In this document: positions 1-13,861 of the stretch, in pieces | Position numbering within the stretch: the stretch's first letter is position 1 | Layout of the letters: each line of letters starts with the position of its first letter | Source of the DNA: Amoebophrya sp. A120 | Lineage: Eukaryota > Protista > Dinoflagellata | Assembly: GCA_905178155.1 (NCBI GenBank) | Contig: CAJINV010000008.1 | Location: forward strand, 1,054,001-1,118,000 | Length of the DNA stretch: 64,000 nt | Reading direction: 5' to 3' | Translations under genes and position numbers: made by a program | The notes under the pieces: generated by a model | The model's database searches: none | What the model was told of the DNA's origin: nothing | What the model saw: only the letters and a program-made list of their open reading frames with translations

Positions 1-2957
1 TCTTTATCTGTGTGTTGATCTCATAAGAATGTGCGACAGTTCTATTCACATTTTCATCATATCTACAAAAAGGTCACTGAAAAATATAATACTAATACAG
101 GGCTGGAAGTACTTCGTTCAAGCTACGCGCGACTCGCAGGTGTGACCACTCAACTGTGACAGATGCTGCTCAGCGGGCGAGGTCCTACGACCCTAATCAC
201 GGAAAAGCAAAGGCTCCATCTTCTTGTTTGTCATGATGCAAACAAGGCCTCCCTACTTGATGGTTTGCTTAGTGCGGCTCATCCGCCAATCGAAACTCTC
301 CTGCATAGTTCAGTTCAGAGGTTTATTCATCTTGGACATGACTACATTTTTGCGAGCGCGGCACATTATGGCTCGCTGTCCACTTACTTTGTTCCCCGGT
401 CTTACTGCCCGCTCCTACTTGCATGAGATGCCCGCAGTTAATATGTTTCCCCACGGGGGCGGCAGAGCAAAACAATGGCCACAGTAGACAATGTCACACT
501 TGAGAAGGTAATGAGTGGCGAATATCACGTTACGATCAACAAGAGTTACGCAAGCGTAACAGGACACAGGTTGTACACTCTTGCTTGGTGTTGGCAATCG
601 ACAAAGGTGCGGCGCATGTGCATGTTTGTAGTCTATACAGAGGCCGGACCTGCAGTTAATGAATTGCGACGCTTTGTCCCTCAGGCGGCTGCGCACCGTG
701 GTGTCGCTGGTGCGTCGCCGTTTTTATATTTAGCAATTGCACTTCGGGGCAGCCAAATTCGAAGGGTTGCGCTGCCACTGCGACACGCTGGACACTAGCG
801 CCGGAGCAGCTGCTACTTTTTGCACTGCCGGGCGCTCCCCTGGCCCATCGGTAATAAGTGTATGGCCCGGGGGTTTGTGTTTTCGCACTGCAAACACGCG
901 CGTCTGTAGTGAATGTGTGGCCCATGTGTAATAAGTGCATGGCCCGGTTTGTAGTTGTTGTGCTGCGCACTGATTAGTTTCGCGTTGCCACCTGCGCCAC
1001 GCGGCAACAGTGCCGCTTCACTCCCTATTAACGCGACGGTGGGAACCCAGCGGGTAAGATTGAAGGGCAGGCACAGGATGGTGGAGGTTTTCGGGCAGAG
1101 GTGGAACTTGGTCCCGACGGACAAGTGAAGAAAGCAAATATCGGATCTACGGGAGAAAAACTCTTTTGCAATCCTACACTGGCGCCTTTTTGTTTTCGTG
1201 TATGTGCAATCCACTAGTAGCGGTAGCGGGAGGGCGAGCTCCCGTGGGTCGCTCTCTTGCATTTGGTACCGCATTGTTCATGCTGCATGTTAAGCCTGCC
1301 CCTGAGCAGTAAACGCGCAACGGGAAAGACAAGTGGATTCTCCGGGAAGAAATGCAAGAAGAAGCAGTATTCTCCGGGAAAGACCAGTATCTTTCGGGCT
1401 TTCTTCATTCCTTGTTTGTATGATGTGCACCAAATTTCAGTATTGATCTTGCGTAGCCGACACTGGCTGCTTCTAGTTGCAAATTGATTTTTTTCTATGC
1501 ATATCTGTTACTCCGGAAGGAAACGGGCCGCAACAGCAGCAAATGAGACAGCGGATCGTAGATGAGCGGAAGGGGTTGGGTCAACTGAAGGACAAGTAGA
1601 TCGCAACTGACCAGCCGATTGCGAGTCTTTTCGTTTTTGTCTGAACCGCTACTAGAACCATCGGGTCCGGCGGTGTAAGCAAGTACTTAGGTCTTTGCGC
1701 AAATCTATCGTCACTTTGTAGGAAGCTGAGCTAGTAATGGCAGATAGCATGCTGTCATAATCAAAATCATACAACTGCGCGGAAAGGATAAGGGAATTGT
1801 AGAGATAAGGAGGACGCTCTGCATTTAGAGCGGTGCCGATAGTTGCGATCTGAGATATGGGCGGCAATTGTTGCCCCATTGAGTACGTCATCAGCATGAG
1901 AGCCGCAACGAGAATGGTGCGCCGCCGGCGATTAGACTTGATGGATGACTCACAGTTGTTGTTCAGGACATAATCGCAGGGGTTGTACTTACTAACTGTA
2001 ACTTCTACCACATCAGATGTAGATACGTACGAACTCGATGTATACATGTGGCCAGACATCCAGATGGCCGGAGATCCTTGTTGTGAGCAGCCCCGACCTG
2101 CGAATTGGGAATGGGATTCGGCGTGCGTGTACTAATCAATTACTTTCCTGTTGTTCTTCGCAACACTGAATTTCTACCACTGCTGAATTGCACGCAAAGG
2201 ATCTATTATTCTCAGTGTACCAATTTTATTACAAAAGATATCAATTTCTAAAAGCTAAAGCGGGCAGTCTCATGGCTACTTCAAAATCCGGTAGCAGGAA
2301 GAAGCGCAAGCGACTCGAGCATTATTTGGTAATTAATTTTTTCGATGGTGATTGATGCGCGTAAAGCTGCCAGTGCCTGCGCCCGGGTAATTTTCACGAT
2401 CTCCTCTCTCCCGGCACGATAACCGAATTCTGATGATCAAATTCGGAAGAAGGTGATCCGCGTGCGTAAGTTTTCGAAGTCAAGAACAAGATTGGTCTTT
2501 TATATCTTGCCGCGGACTTTTGCTTGTCTCATGGTGCCATATTCATGGCGCTTGTCCTGGTGCGAGTTTTGTACAATGATTTCGCATGTTTCAAACGTGG
2601 CGTCTTTCTTTTCACAGGAAACTAAGCGAAAGACATTGACGGGTGGGATTCAAGGCTTTGAGTCTCAGCTTCGATACAATTTTTCTGCGGAAAACCAATC
2701 ATCTTAAATACAAGTACACTGAAAGTAGTACAGAACAAGACAACAGCTAAAACTATATTACACGGCGATACATTCGTGCCAACTACAAATCTAAGTAGTC
2801 TAGTCTACAAACACACACTTGTCTGGCTTTGCCCGTGGACGCATCATCAAAACCAAGAAGGCTAAAGAGTTCGGCTCATCTTCTGCAGATCATTCTCCGG
2901 ATCTTCGTCTCTTTCTCTATCAAGCAAAGAGGAGAGGAAATACGCTCAGGGCACAAC

Positions 2958-5388
2958 ATGTCGCAGAACGGCACGATGAAGAAAGCGATGAAGCTGGGAT
3001 TGTGCGGGCGCTTGGCCACGGCGATTTTTGTCGCGGTCGGATGGGGGTTGGGCCTCTGCCCTTCCGCGGAGGGAAAACTCGCCCTGACAAAGAAATCTTA
3101 TCGGACAGAAAATGTGCTGTGCCCAAATTCTATCCTCCTCTGGAGTGCACGTGTTGCAGCGGATTCACGATGAAGCATCCTTTTTTTGTTTGCATTGAAA
3201 GCGATTCGTGTCGCTGCCAGACCTGCCGTGATGTGTAGCTAGTTGCGATTACTAGTGACTAGCATTTCGCGCGAATGCGAATGCGCGTCAGCCTTTGCTA
3301 AAGGAAGTGCCGGGGGGCTAGAAGAGGTTTGTGATTTTAGAGAGAGAGATCGATCCTAACTGCAAAAGTAGGTAGCTGCTCCTGAAATCTGTTGTATTCG
3401 ATTTGGTTTTCAAGACACTTTGAGGAGAGTGTGATTTTCATTTTGATACCGACTTTCTGGCCCCCAAGAACCAGGACGAGCTTTTGGCTTTAGGGGGATC
3501 GGTGCTCGGGTGTCTTGGCGCCAGCTGCTGCTACCAGATGACCAACAAGCACTGCGACGACTGCCTCAGTATCAAGTGCATACCGCTGCGTTCATTTTCC
3601 AGACATCGATAGAACTGGCACACTTCTTCATGATAGCTACTGAGATCTTTTGGTCGCACTCGCGTCTTCTATGGCACTTGCAATACAATGGGAAATTTTG
3701 ATTGTGATGCATTGGATATGATGAAGATAGAGAGCTGATTCTTCATCGCATCAACGAAGAAAAGAAGTTGAGCATCTGCAGTGAATTTTTGAATCTGAAG
3801 ATGATTGTCCATGACGTTACTCTGCAGGCAACGACATCTCGTTCTAACATCGATGTCAACGCTTGCTAGTGGCGAGGCTAGCTTTTCCCATGACCTGCCA
3901 AGCGTCTTATGAAAATCACTTAGGAAAACGGACACGAGAAGTGTGTTGCAATCTTTGCAGTAGCCCGCATGATGAGTAAGTGTCGACCCCATCGGAATGT
4001 GGGACTAAGAGCGCAGAGCTTTCCCCACTCGATATGCAAGATTCCGCTTCTTGAGGCGGGAGACGCCACTATCAACAGTTACGTCGGATTGTGTGCCGCA
4101 GCGGCGAACTGTGGGTCCACTGTGCTGGAGTCTCCGCTGTACGCATGTGCGACTGCCTGCTGCTGTTTCGGAGCCCATCAGGTATGTTCGGCACCAGCAT
4201 CCACTTGTGTCGTGTTTTTGTTAGTTCCTGGCGAATCTGTTTGTAAGTACTGGCAGTTTTGTGTCCAACGCTATAAAAATACGAGAATGCCTGATGTTTT
4301 GTTTTGATCCTTTTTTCGGTCAAGACGTCAACTCCATTTTCCATGGCGACCAGGTGTACACTCATGTCCTCGCTCCCGGAACCGGCGGAGTTTACTGCTA
4401 CAAAAAAGAGTACGACATGCATCGTAGCATGCGGTCGCAACTGGAGTCACTATGCTCTTTGAATATCATCAATCCCAGAATCGTGTACCAGACCGAGTTC
4501 GATCAAATTGGTTGATCTGAAGGCCTTGCTGTAGCTTCCGTAGTTAACATTTGATCTGGCTTCGTGCTTGGTTGACGTTTCATCTGCTACTTTAGTTATT
4601 ATGCATTTTTTTTTAATAGCTATTGCACGTCCACGTCTCAAAGTGGTAGACGTCCTGATAGGTGTCAAGCCACATGAGTCGAAGAAGTTCTACGGGATTG
4701 TGGCGGTCATGTCCGCCTTCTGCTAGTGACTCTCTAGTGTTTGCGTTTCTTTGGTATAGAAACGAAGATGGCAACGTGCAACGCTATGCGTACGCCGGCG
4801 GACAAGATATTTCTGGTAATTCAGGATCCCCACGACTGATTCCCACGAGACAAGTAGAGCAGCGAAGTAAATAATTGATTTGTGACGGTGCTGCCATGAC
4901 TCCTTTATCACCTTCTGGACTCTGAACGAGGGCGAGGTCATGAACGGCTCCAATCTACTTAGTTATTGCAGCATGAAGATGAACCAGAACCGCACCCATA
5001 GGACATGTGCGTATCTTCCAGCGAGCAACGCAAATAATAGGGCAGCTGGCGCGTTCTGTTTTTGTGTACAGTGCGCCAATAGTTGAAGTGTGGCCACAGA
5101 GAGGCGCGCGCCGTCAACTTATACATACGACGTAATCACGCTCACTGTTGAGTATACAGCGGAATCGTCATGGGAATATTTTTCATTGCTACACAGCGAG
5201 AGAACGACCCGCAGATGTTGTGGGCGGAAAAACGGAACGAAAAGGGCGAAGTGGTGGAAAAAATTCACGTCACCGCTAAAGGAGGACAGGCGGCATTGAA
5301 GAAGGATTTGGAGAAGGTCGCGAACGAGCGGAATCGATCTATGCTGACCGGTGGCGCGAGTAATAAGGCTCTGAAACTATCTAACTGA
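2958..5388 (+). CDS. Putative multi-exon orphan secreted/membrane protein; exon boundaries unresolved
   Basis: ATG at 2958 begins a basic then hydrophobic N-terminus (LATAIFVAVGWGLGLC). Protein-like segments follow at ~3990-4200 (Cys-rich CATACCCFGA), ~4280-4510, ~4760-4830 and ~5170-5388. Linking them into one gene is inference. Confidence 0.3.
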
Positions 5389-7278
5389 GCACGTCACTAT
5401 CCGTCAAGTCTACCAGCCAAGTCGTGAACATTTTTGTGCAGGGCCGCAGAAGGATGAAGCGGTACAAGCTATATTGCAGCACCACAACGTTTCAGTTTCT
5501 TGTTACTACTTCCTCGACTTCTCACACTACACATCATTCCTTCCAAAAGAGCACGGTTGCATTCATTGCCACAACGACGGAAGATGTTGGCTTCGCTTGC
5601 ATGCTGCCCTTCCTCCTTATGAATGGGTAGATATTTGCGGCCGTGGTGGATTGTAGAAAGCAACCAGAACTTGAACCACCAATAATACTCCCTGCGCATT
5701 CTATACATTTCACGCGAGTGGCTGGTGTGGACTGCAGAGTGCTTTTTATTTTCACTATGATAAGTTGACGATGCGGAAGCGGACCAGCGGACTTGGGAGC
5801 GTACAAATAAAATTACGCATCCTGACGGCAGAGTCGAAGAGGAGAGATCTACCTTGTTTAATCGTAAGTAAGAACACCATCTCATGGATCATCTTCTTTT
5901 TTTTTTAGCGGAGACAGATGACATCCTTTGGTGGTGACAGTCACACTCGTCACTTAACGATATAGGCACAGAGGAGATGGCGTGCCATAAAATTATTGAT
6001 TTTATTGCGTTGCGGGTGCTCGTGCTATCCCTAACCCTATCGTTTGACTTTGAGCCCGGGATTTCCGGCCCCGAAGAAAATACCTAAAGAGAATACATCG
6101 AGACACTCCACCTCCAGCACTACTGATGAGAAGCAATCACGTGTAAAGTACATTTTCAGTGAATCCCAGCAATGGTACGAGGAGAGTACTGACAACTGGC
6201 GTCACTACTTTGTTGAAGATTAACGAGACTTACAAAAATCCTATAGATAAGGAAAAGCGGGTGAATGCGCGACAAGAGAAACACCTAGTGCAGCCGCTGA
6301 GTCGTGAGACGCTCTCTATGGGGAGTCTCGTATTCGACAACGCTGGCAGTCATAGAGCACCCGGTCGCGAGTTAGGCACGCTTTAACATCGATGTCGAAG
6401 ACCCCCTATTGCGCCTCGCTAGTAACGGCTTTTCGTCGTGATTTACACTGGTTCCTAGAATTGGATGAGGCTGTCGTTAGTTTCGCATGTTCTAGCGGAA
6501 TAAGTGCATTCGCGCGGAATGTCATACAGTTACACTGCTTGGTAGTTGCTCCACCGAGTACATGACGGATTCAACAAATCTTGAATCGCGAGAAGTTCAC
6601 CTCCTAGCGCTAGCTTCTAACAGAAACATCGATGACTGACCAGTGACAATGTGTGCGCAGAAGTGAATCGGCAGCACTTTTGTTAAAGCAAAGTGGAGAG
6701 CAGCAGCATTTGCATTTGGCCATGTTCATCGTTTGCTCTTTGTGTTTGATCTTTTTTCGAGATGTGGGCGATACATCTGTTTCTCTAGCTCAATGTTAGT
6801 GATGAACCAAAGCGGAAGAACAACATTGATCTTCAAGATCAAGCACTTTCAGGATCGATTTTGTTGTTTCATGAAAGATATGTAATATGTTGATAACATA
6901 GCTAGGTGCCCCGACGAGAAGGTGGAAGGATCCCATTGCGCGACACCATCCGCAGAAGATCTTACACATGGCTTTGCGGTCTCATAATATGTTCCTTGCC
7001 ATTTTTTACTACACGTACTTCATTACTTTCTACGCCACAACCGCGACCGCACGGCTGCTCACGATTCTGATACTGATGGTGATGTCGTCGATACATGGTT
7101 AAGCACGAGCGCGATAGCGTCAGCACCAATAAATTGATGAAAATTCAAATTGGTTATATTTGTGCGACCCTTCAGTCAGGCTCACAGCCGTATGGTTAGT
7201 TTTCACAAGTTTTGGTAGCTTCTAGTTCTATCTGAAAAAAGCAGGAATCGACCCGATCGGTCTCCTGACTTCTGCAAC

Positions 7279-7755
7279 ATGATGTCTTCATCGCCAGGAA
7301 CTGGAATTTCCGCCGAAAACAGAAGCGGAAATGTGCGAGCTCGCCTCGGAAACTTCCGGCGGAACGGTGTTTTTCCTCTGAACATCGTTGTGTCCTTGAT
7401 CTGCACGACCCTCCACTTGAGCTCGAGCGCCTTGCTGATTACCGGCGTGGAGGCCAGGCTACAGCACAAGGTTCTCAGGAAAATGAATGACCCGGGACAG
7501 GCACAGGAGTCGAGTACTCAGGAAATCAATCCGTGCGTGAACCGCTTGAAGCGACAGCTCGTTGCGGGTTGCATGAAAGCTGCAAAGTGCGGTAAGTTCG
7601 TCGGGTGGAACTACTGGACAGATTGGCGAATGTTGGCGGGCTTCGGAACACCAGCGCTCGGAGCATACGTTCTCGGGTGTGAATCATACGAAAGGCACAT
7701 TTCTGTAGAGGCAGGGCAGCGGCCTGCGCGATCGCTTCTCTCGTTGCAGCTGTAG
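7279..7755 (+). CDS. Orphan protein with signal/TM segment, possibly first exon only
   Basis: 158 aa ORF with hydrophobic stretch IVVSLICTTLHLSSSALLITGVEA ending in a cleavage-like VEA; second hydrophobic stretch near the C-terminus. Confidence 0.4.
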   Translation: MMSSSPGTGISAENRSGNVRARLGNFRRNGVFPLNIVVSLICTTLHLSSSALLITGVEARLQHKVLRKMNDPGQAQESSTQEINPCVNRLKRQLVAGCMKAAKCGKFVGWNYWTDWRMLAGFGTPALGAYVLGCESYERHISVEAGQRPARSLLSLQL

Positions 7756-9193
7756 TAGAGGAACACACTCCCTCGATTTGTCGGTACTTCGATTATTACT
7801 ATTAGAGTCACGACCCGCACCAGGCGCAGCCCCATCTCAGTTGACGTAGTAGTCATGCAGCTTGGTCTTCACCTTGTATGTACTACTGCCGCTTTGTGGC
7901 AAATACGAATATAGAGATTTGGCGCAGGGGCCTGACCGTGTGCATTTTGATGTACAGAGCGATAAAATTCAACTTACTGACGCATGTTCACTTTCTGCTG
8001 AAATGAAAATTGGCATGTGGGCCGCGGGTTAGAAATGCAAGGCACTGCAGCACCAGATGAGAGGAACGGAAGCATACCCATATTCTTATAATTGAAACGC
8101 AGTCGCTCGTCCTCGTCTGTCAGAAAGCGTTTCTTTCGAAGCGATAATAATTGGCCGATGTTTATCGGCGGAGCAACGCTGGCCACAGGGATGAAGATGG
8201 TAGTAAGTACTCGTAACACATTTTTCAGAAATTCATCGGTAATCTTATTCCATGACGTTGATATGAGTCTCCTCTGTCCGCACCACATGACACTATAAGA
8301 AGCGGCAGAAAAATCAACAGAGAGGCCTGCGGTTCGCACCCGGTCTTAGTGCCTCTTCTTTGCTTTTGTAGGTATGTGGTTGCACCGCGACCACCAAAAC
8401 CAAAATATTTTTACAGGCACACGAGCACATCATCCGACCGGGTTCGAAATTCTCTGTCACGACCGGGAACATTACGAAAGTCAAAACTTGAGTCGAGAAA
8501 ATTCGAATTTGTAGCTTGCAAGAACATTGTGTCAGACTGAAATGACACGGAGGAGGGCTGTAAGTACCGGGATCATCTTGTATGCTAGCGATAAGATGAA
8601 AATCTACCATTCTAATAACACATATACACGGACGCGCGATCTGCGTGCATTCTTTCTCGCAATGTGGGGATTTTATAATTGATTATGGGCCTGGACGCAT
8701 TTGCATTTGCATGATGCCGCGAGATGAGAGAATCTATAGAAGTGTCGCATGCTACAGCTTCGACTGAAGATACCTCGCTTCGAGATTTTGCCACAATAAC
8801 ACGCTACGCACAAAAAAAAATGATTCGTGCTTACGCTGCAGCAGCTCTCTTTTCCATCATGCTGTCTCTGCGTCTCGGCGCGCGCACGGCCCCTGAAGCT
8901 GAATCTCGGGCCCACATCAAATTTGCATGAGTAAATCCGACCCCGTTCTTTCAGGCCCAGGATCGGCACGCGAGAATACTCGTGCTGAAGTGCTCGATGT
9001 ATGTTGTAGGGGATGAAGTTTTGCATGTGGAAGCATAGATTTAGATACAGATCACGCAATTTGTATTAAGTTCTTGGCCGGAGCGTTATCGTTATGGTTA
9101 TCGTTATTAGCGCTGCAGCCCCGGGACAGCGATGAAGAATATGTATGCGAAGCAATTGCAACGTAAGGACAGAGCTTCCATCACCGCCATACT

Positions 9194-9979
9194 TTGCGCA
9201 GGGGTGGGCGATCTTTCTTGCGCGTCGAAGCAAGCAACGACAACGACCACGGCAAGATTAAATTCGAGGTTGGACGCTGGAACTCCGGTTCATGGTACGC
9301 GCATGGGAAACACTGCCCGCGCCATCCGCTTGGCGTAAAGGATAGACAAGAAGGCCACGGGCGGCGCAGACGATCGTCGTCGCCAACCTCGTCAGGAGAT
9401 GAAATCCTCGACATCGACTATTTCCCTCTTCGACAGAATCACAGGCAGAGCGCTGGTGCTTCCAGCGGGAGCGGTCGTCTGGATCACGGGGATATTTGTG
9501 AGCACGGGCCTCTGATAGAGGCACTAGACGATGGTGATGTCGATGACCAGATGCGCAGCGAGGCACTAGCTCCACACGACGAGCGGGGAGCCGCAAGTTC
9601 ACCACGACTGCTCGAGCTACAGGATGGTAGTTCTTTCGTCGATGGCACTTATCAAGGTGGTTTTCCTGATTCGTCGACGAGCAGTCCACTTCACAGTCCG
9701 CGGCTCTATCACGAACAGCAGCTGCTGGCTTGGCGCGACGACCAAGAAGACGATCTTACTCGAGACCCACATCCGGGCGCTTGGCTGGGTGACGGTACTT
9801 CCGCCCCAGCTGTCAGGACGGTGGAGGAGCAGACCGCCGAATGTAAGCGAGTCGCGGCGGACTACGTTAGTGAGCTTCTTCGATGCCGGGCTGCCTCCAC
9901 CGGCGCGCAATCTCTCGGCCCGCAGCATAAGCAGGAATTTGTCGCTGGAGCAGCTGCGGCTTCTTATGTCGAGGGTTAG
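9194..9979 (+). CDS. Orphan low-complexity acidic protein (exon); possible signal-peptide exon at ~8820
   Basis: 261 aa GC-rich ORF with protein-like composition. Upstream MIRAYAAAALFSIMLSLRLGA at 8820 resembles a signal peptide. Confidence 0.4.
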   Translation: MRRGGRSFLRVEASNDNDHGKIKFEVGRWNSGSWYAHGKHCPRHPLGVKDRQEGHGRRRRSSSPTSSGDEILDIDYFPLRQNHRQSAGASSGSGRLDHGDICEHGPLIEALDDGDVDDQMRSEALAPHDERGAASSPRLLELQDGSSFVDGTYQGGFPDSSTSSPLHSPRLYHEQQLLAWRDDQEDDLTRDPHPGAWLGDGTSAPAVRTVEEQTAECKRVAADYVSELLRCRAASTGAQSLGPQHKQEFVAGAAAASYVEG

Positions 9980-11598
9980 TGCATACCTTTCGTGAAGATT
10001 TCTCCTCAGGAACTCGATTCTTATGCGCGTCGCACGGCGACGAGGGCAAGCTCCTTGGGCTGACCCATAGGAGGAGAATCCGATTGCGTGCTTCGAGCAG
10101 CCTAACTGCGGGCCTCTTACTTCTCTTTGTTGCCACTGCCCGGCTTCCGATGGAAACAGCGGCCGAACTGCTGTAGAGTTGTCTGCTATCGAGCCGAGCG
10201 AGCCTCAGTTGCGCTTCTTGGGCGCGGCCTGCCCCCGCCTAGAATGCTCCGGATCACCTTCCAGTAGCTGCGGTGTCGTCGAGTAGCTACTGTGGAAAGT
10301 AGTGCGCAGCGGAGACCTTCGTCCTTCCAGTTAGTTTCCCTTTACGTTGAATCCTAAAAGAATTATGCTATACCTGCTCTACTTCAATATCTAGTACACG
10401 CCCGCTTGCGAGCAATGCAGCTGACTTCTCAGCTACTACTTCCTTCGAATAAGCTTTAGAAACAGAAGAAGCTGTGCGCGCAGACGAAAAGGTTTTTGTT
10501 TGCCCGGCTGTATTCTCCATTACCTTTGGTTGATATTTTGTCGAATACGTGTATGAGTCATCTTTCTCTATTGATTCCGTTTTTTTGCTTTTGATATAGT
10601 GTCTCTCTTCTCTCTCACCGCCAAAGGCAGCGCAGATCTTCGTTGACATCAACTTACTAGGAGGCGTCGACCCACATACTTATGCCTTGATGTCGAGGCA
10701 GGAGGTCGCGGTCTAAGACGCTTTGCTGCCAAGGCAAAATGTTTGCATCTACCCTGAAACATGAAATCCAGCTACTTGCCATCTAGTTTTGCATCAGAAC
10801 TGGCAGGAGCTGGGTGGACGCATAATCATAAAAGACGTCTTCGGACCGACACACACGGATAAAACTGCTTTTCTGAGCTCATGCGTAGAAGATTCGCAAC
10901 CCTGACACGACCTATAATTGTTTGCACAGGTACAGGCGGAGTTTTAGTTTTTGTTTCTCGCCGGGCTTGTTTAATGTCATGAATGAAGACCACAATGAAT
11001 GATCGCAAGTTGTATTCAAAGCGCAACCTTGTGTTTGTGTCGTTATTTCTGCACACGAGAGCACGATCAAGAATCAGGGCGGCCGTGGTCGCTGCCACGC
11101 AATATCAAAAGACGTGCGCCCCTGGCTGTCCCCCTCGTCAGAAATCGAGCAGCACCACAGTTAATTTCAACCAGAATGCATGTAGAAAAGATTGAGGATG
11201 GCTTCCCTGCCTTGCTGGACCGGTGCGCACTTTGACCGGATTTCTTTGAAAGGCACAGCCGAGAAAAACGCGCAGCATACAACGCGGAACGTAGCGCGCA
11301 CGAAGATCCTGCGATAGTATCAGTCCTGTGTATGTACGATCACCTTTTTCCAGTCGACATATTGTAGTTCATGCAGAATGTTGTATCCTGCAGCTAGGTA
11401 ACGTTGTGTGATCCATGGGCAAGTTATAACAGGTAGTACAATGTGCATGTGAGATTCATTGCGCAGCAGAGACATAGATAAATTTAAATTTTTTTGTTTT
11501 AGACTAGTCATTTCGCACGAACTTCAAATTTCCCTCTGGGATTCTGCACAACATTAGATAAAGAAGGCGCAAGTGTCAGGAACGAAATCATAGAAATC

Positions 11599-12685
11599 AT
11601 GAACGTGCGGAAAGTGCAAGCGGCTGGCATTTTTGCCTCTCACCGGGCCATGACAAAGCGATCCGTCGCGATTCTCATGGCACTTCTGGGATTTTGGCCA
11701 CACACCGTCAGCGGGAGCAACACGGCTCGAGGAGGTTTTCTGCAGAGGGTAACGGATATGGCGGAGGAGGTGCTACAGGATCAAAACCTATGCTGTTTCG
11801 CTGCAAGCGCAGCCGTCTGCGGTGCAGCTTCTTTGTGCTACGTACAGGGTCCAGCATCTACTACGTGTTGCTGTATCTCCGCTGCAGCGGTATAGCACCA
11901 TTGTCGATATTCGGATCAGGCTCTGTGTTGACATTCAATCTATCTTCATTGATGGTACTAGAGATGCTAGCGATACTGATAGAGTACGGAGTTACAAAAA
12001 GGCCAATAAAGCCACTGAAGAAGGGATATGGTGCTGGAGTGCCATTTGTTTTTATTATTTGTGCATTTCCTGTACCTGCTTGTTGTGCTTGCCCGGGCTC
12101 GCGCAGGCGTCCCTCGCCGTCAGGTTGAGCAGCGTTTTTCCTGCAAAAGGACCAGCCAGATGGAATCGAGCTCATCACGAGAAAACTTCTCTGGCGGGGA
12201 AAAAATAAATTCTTTTCGTCCTCGTCCGTCATCACCTGGCACACCACTATAATTGAAACGGCTTGGATCTGAAGACAGTTGACTCATTGACATTGATCCT
12301 CAAAAATCAGGCCTACCAAGTATACCAGCAAGTGCCCGAAGCGAAGTCAGGCGGTATCGGCATGCAATGGGACAGAAATTCCGGATGCATTGTTGCTGGG
12401 GCGGCTGCGATCGATGACACGACGGGAAAGGGAATAGGTGGCATTGTGAAGTATGGCAGGAACGGTCCCGGGTGGTCTTTGCAGTATAACGCTGAAGGCG
12501 GTGGCAACTTGGGTAATGTTAGATCGATTGCGTCCGCAGTTTTTAATCAGCAATTTATGTCGGGGCCGGGGGGATCGGCTTCGGCGGAGGACAACGACGA
12601 AGTTCGCGCACGGAACAAGCGAGAACAAGAGCGGGGACAGAACCACGACGAACCAGAGCGGGGACAGAACCCGGAACAGCAATGA
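11599..12685 (+). CDS. Putative multi-exon orphan secreted protein with Cys-rich hydrophobic segment
   Basis: 11599-11895 encodes a signal-like SVAILMALLGFWPHTVSG and CCFAASAAVCG...TTCCCISA. ~12310-12685 encodes a Gly-rich segment ending in ERGQN repeats. Junctions unresolved. Confidence 0.4.
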
Positions 12686-13861
12686 AGACAGGAGGTTCCT
12701 GGGCTTTTCGTGTTGTCAAGAGAAGCTGCAGTCTAGTTGTAATGTGAATACAGTGATCGCGCGTATGTCAAACTCTTCAAAGTCTAAGTATCCGCGATCG
12801 GGTCTGGTGGGGACGCCCGTTGTTTCTGATGGAGAGGAGGACTAGCGTAGACGTGGATACGTATTGCTACAAAGTTTCATGAGAATACAGAATAAATTTT
12901 TGTTTGACACCAGCGTAATCAGCAGTTTCGGGTAATATTCCCAGAACTGAACAAACACTGCTGAAGTAACGCACAGATGTTTATTCGTTCAAGTTTTTTG
13001 CATGTACAAACATGAAGCACATAATAAGGAGTAGAGGAACTAAAAAAAGGTCTGATTTGGAACCTAGCGTGCGAGGTTGCACGCGTTGCGTTACTTATAC
13101 AAATGCCTTTAGCTTCACAGCTTCGGTTGTCGGACCTTCATGTCCATACCATCCACTGCGCTTTTACGTTTTTTTCTGGTTTTGATCTTTTTTTTAGGAA
13201 AGAAGAAAACTCACTTCACAACTCCAACTCCCGTAACTCGATTCTGAAGTGTTTCAGACGGGGCGCCCAACTCTGATAAAAAGTAGACGGGTATGACGAC
13301 ATGAGCAATACTTCATATTTACTTTATACTTACAAATACAACATACTAGATACTTACTACATGAGCATGGCTCATTGATGCGAGCCAAAAGGTAGTTCTT
13401 CGATTGTTGAGATGTTGAAAGCAACATTTTCACAGTCAGTGCTCGTTTTTTTAGCTCGACAATGTCCGAAAAGAAGTATGGATGCGGGAATGCATGTGGT
13501 ACTTGTCGTCCGAAGAACGAACTACAGTGCGCGCGCGCACGATATATTGAACTTCGCTCATTTCAGATGCTGTTCATCATTCCAGACTCACGTTTGCTCA
13601 TCGGGTGTGCGATGTTCGCAAGGCGCCTGTGTCGGTGCGCATTTTGATTTGTGCAAGTTGTGAAGAAATGTTGCACAGTTTCGCATCTAGCACGAACAAA
13701 AACGGAGGTGCTTGCTGTTCGTGCTCATGCCACATTCATAGAAAGTCCGTCGTTGTCGTGCTAATTCGCTAGTATTGTCGCTGTGCTAGTCTGGGAGGTC
13801 TGGTCTGTCTTTCGTCGTTTTCTCATGCCGGAGAGTTCGTTTATCGTTGCCTCGTCGGACG

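Noticed and set aside
1-2800. Short ORFs in the first 2.8 kb
   Set aside because: No motifs or convincing coding bias; cannot support a gene call.
6029-6040. CCCTAACCCTA telomere-like sequence
   Set aside because: Fewer than two units; not an array.
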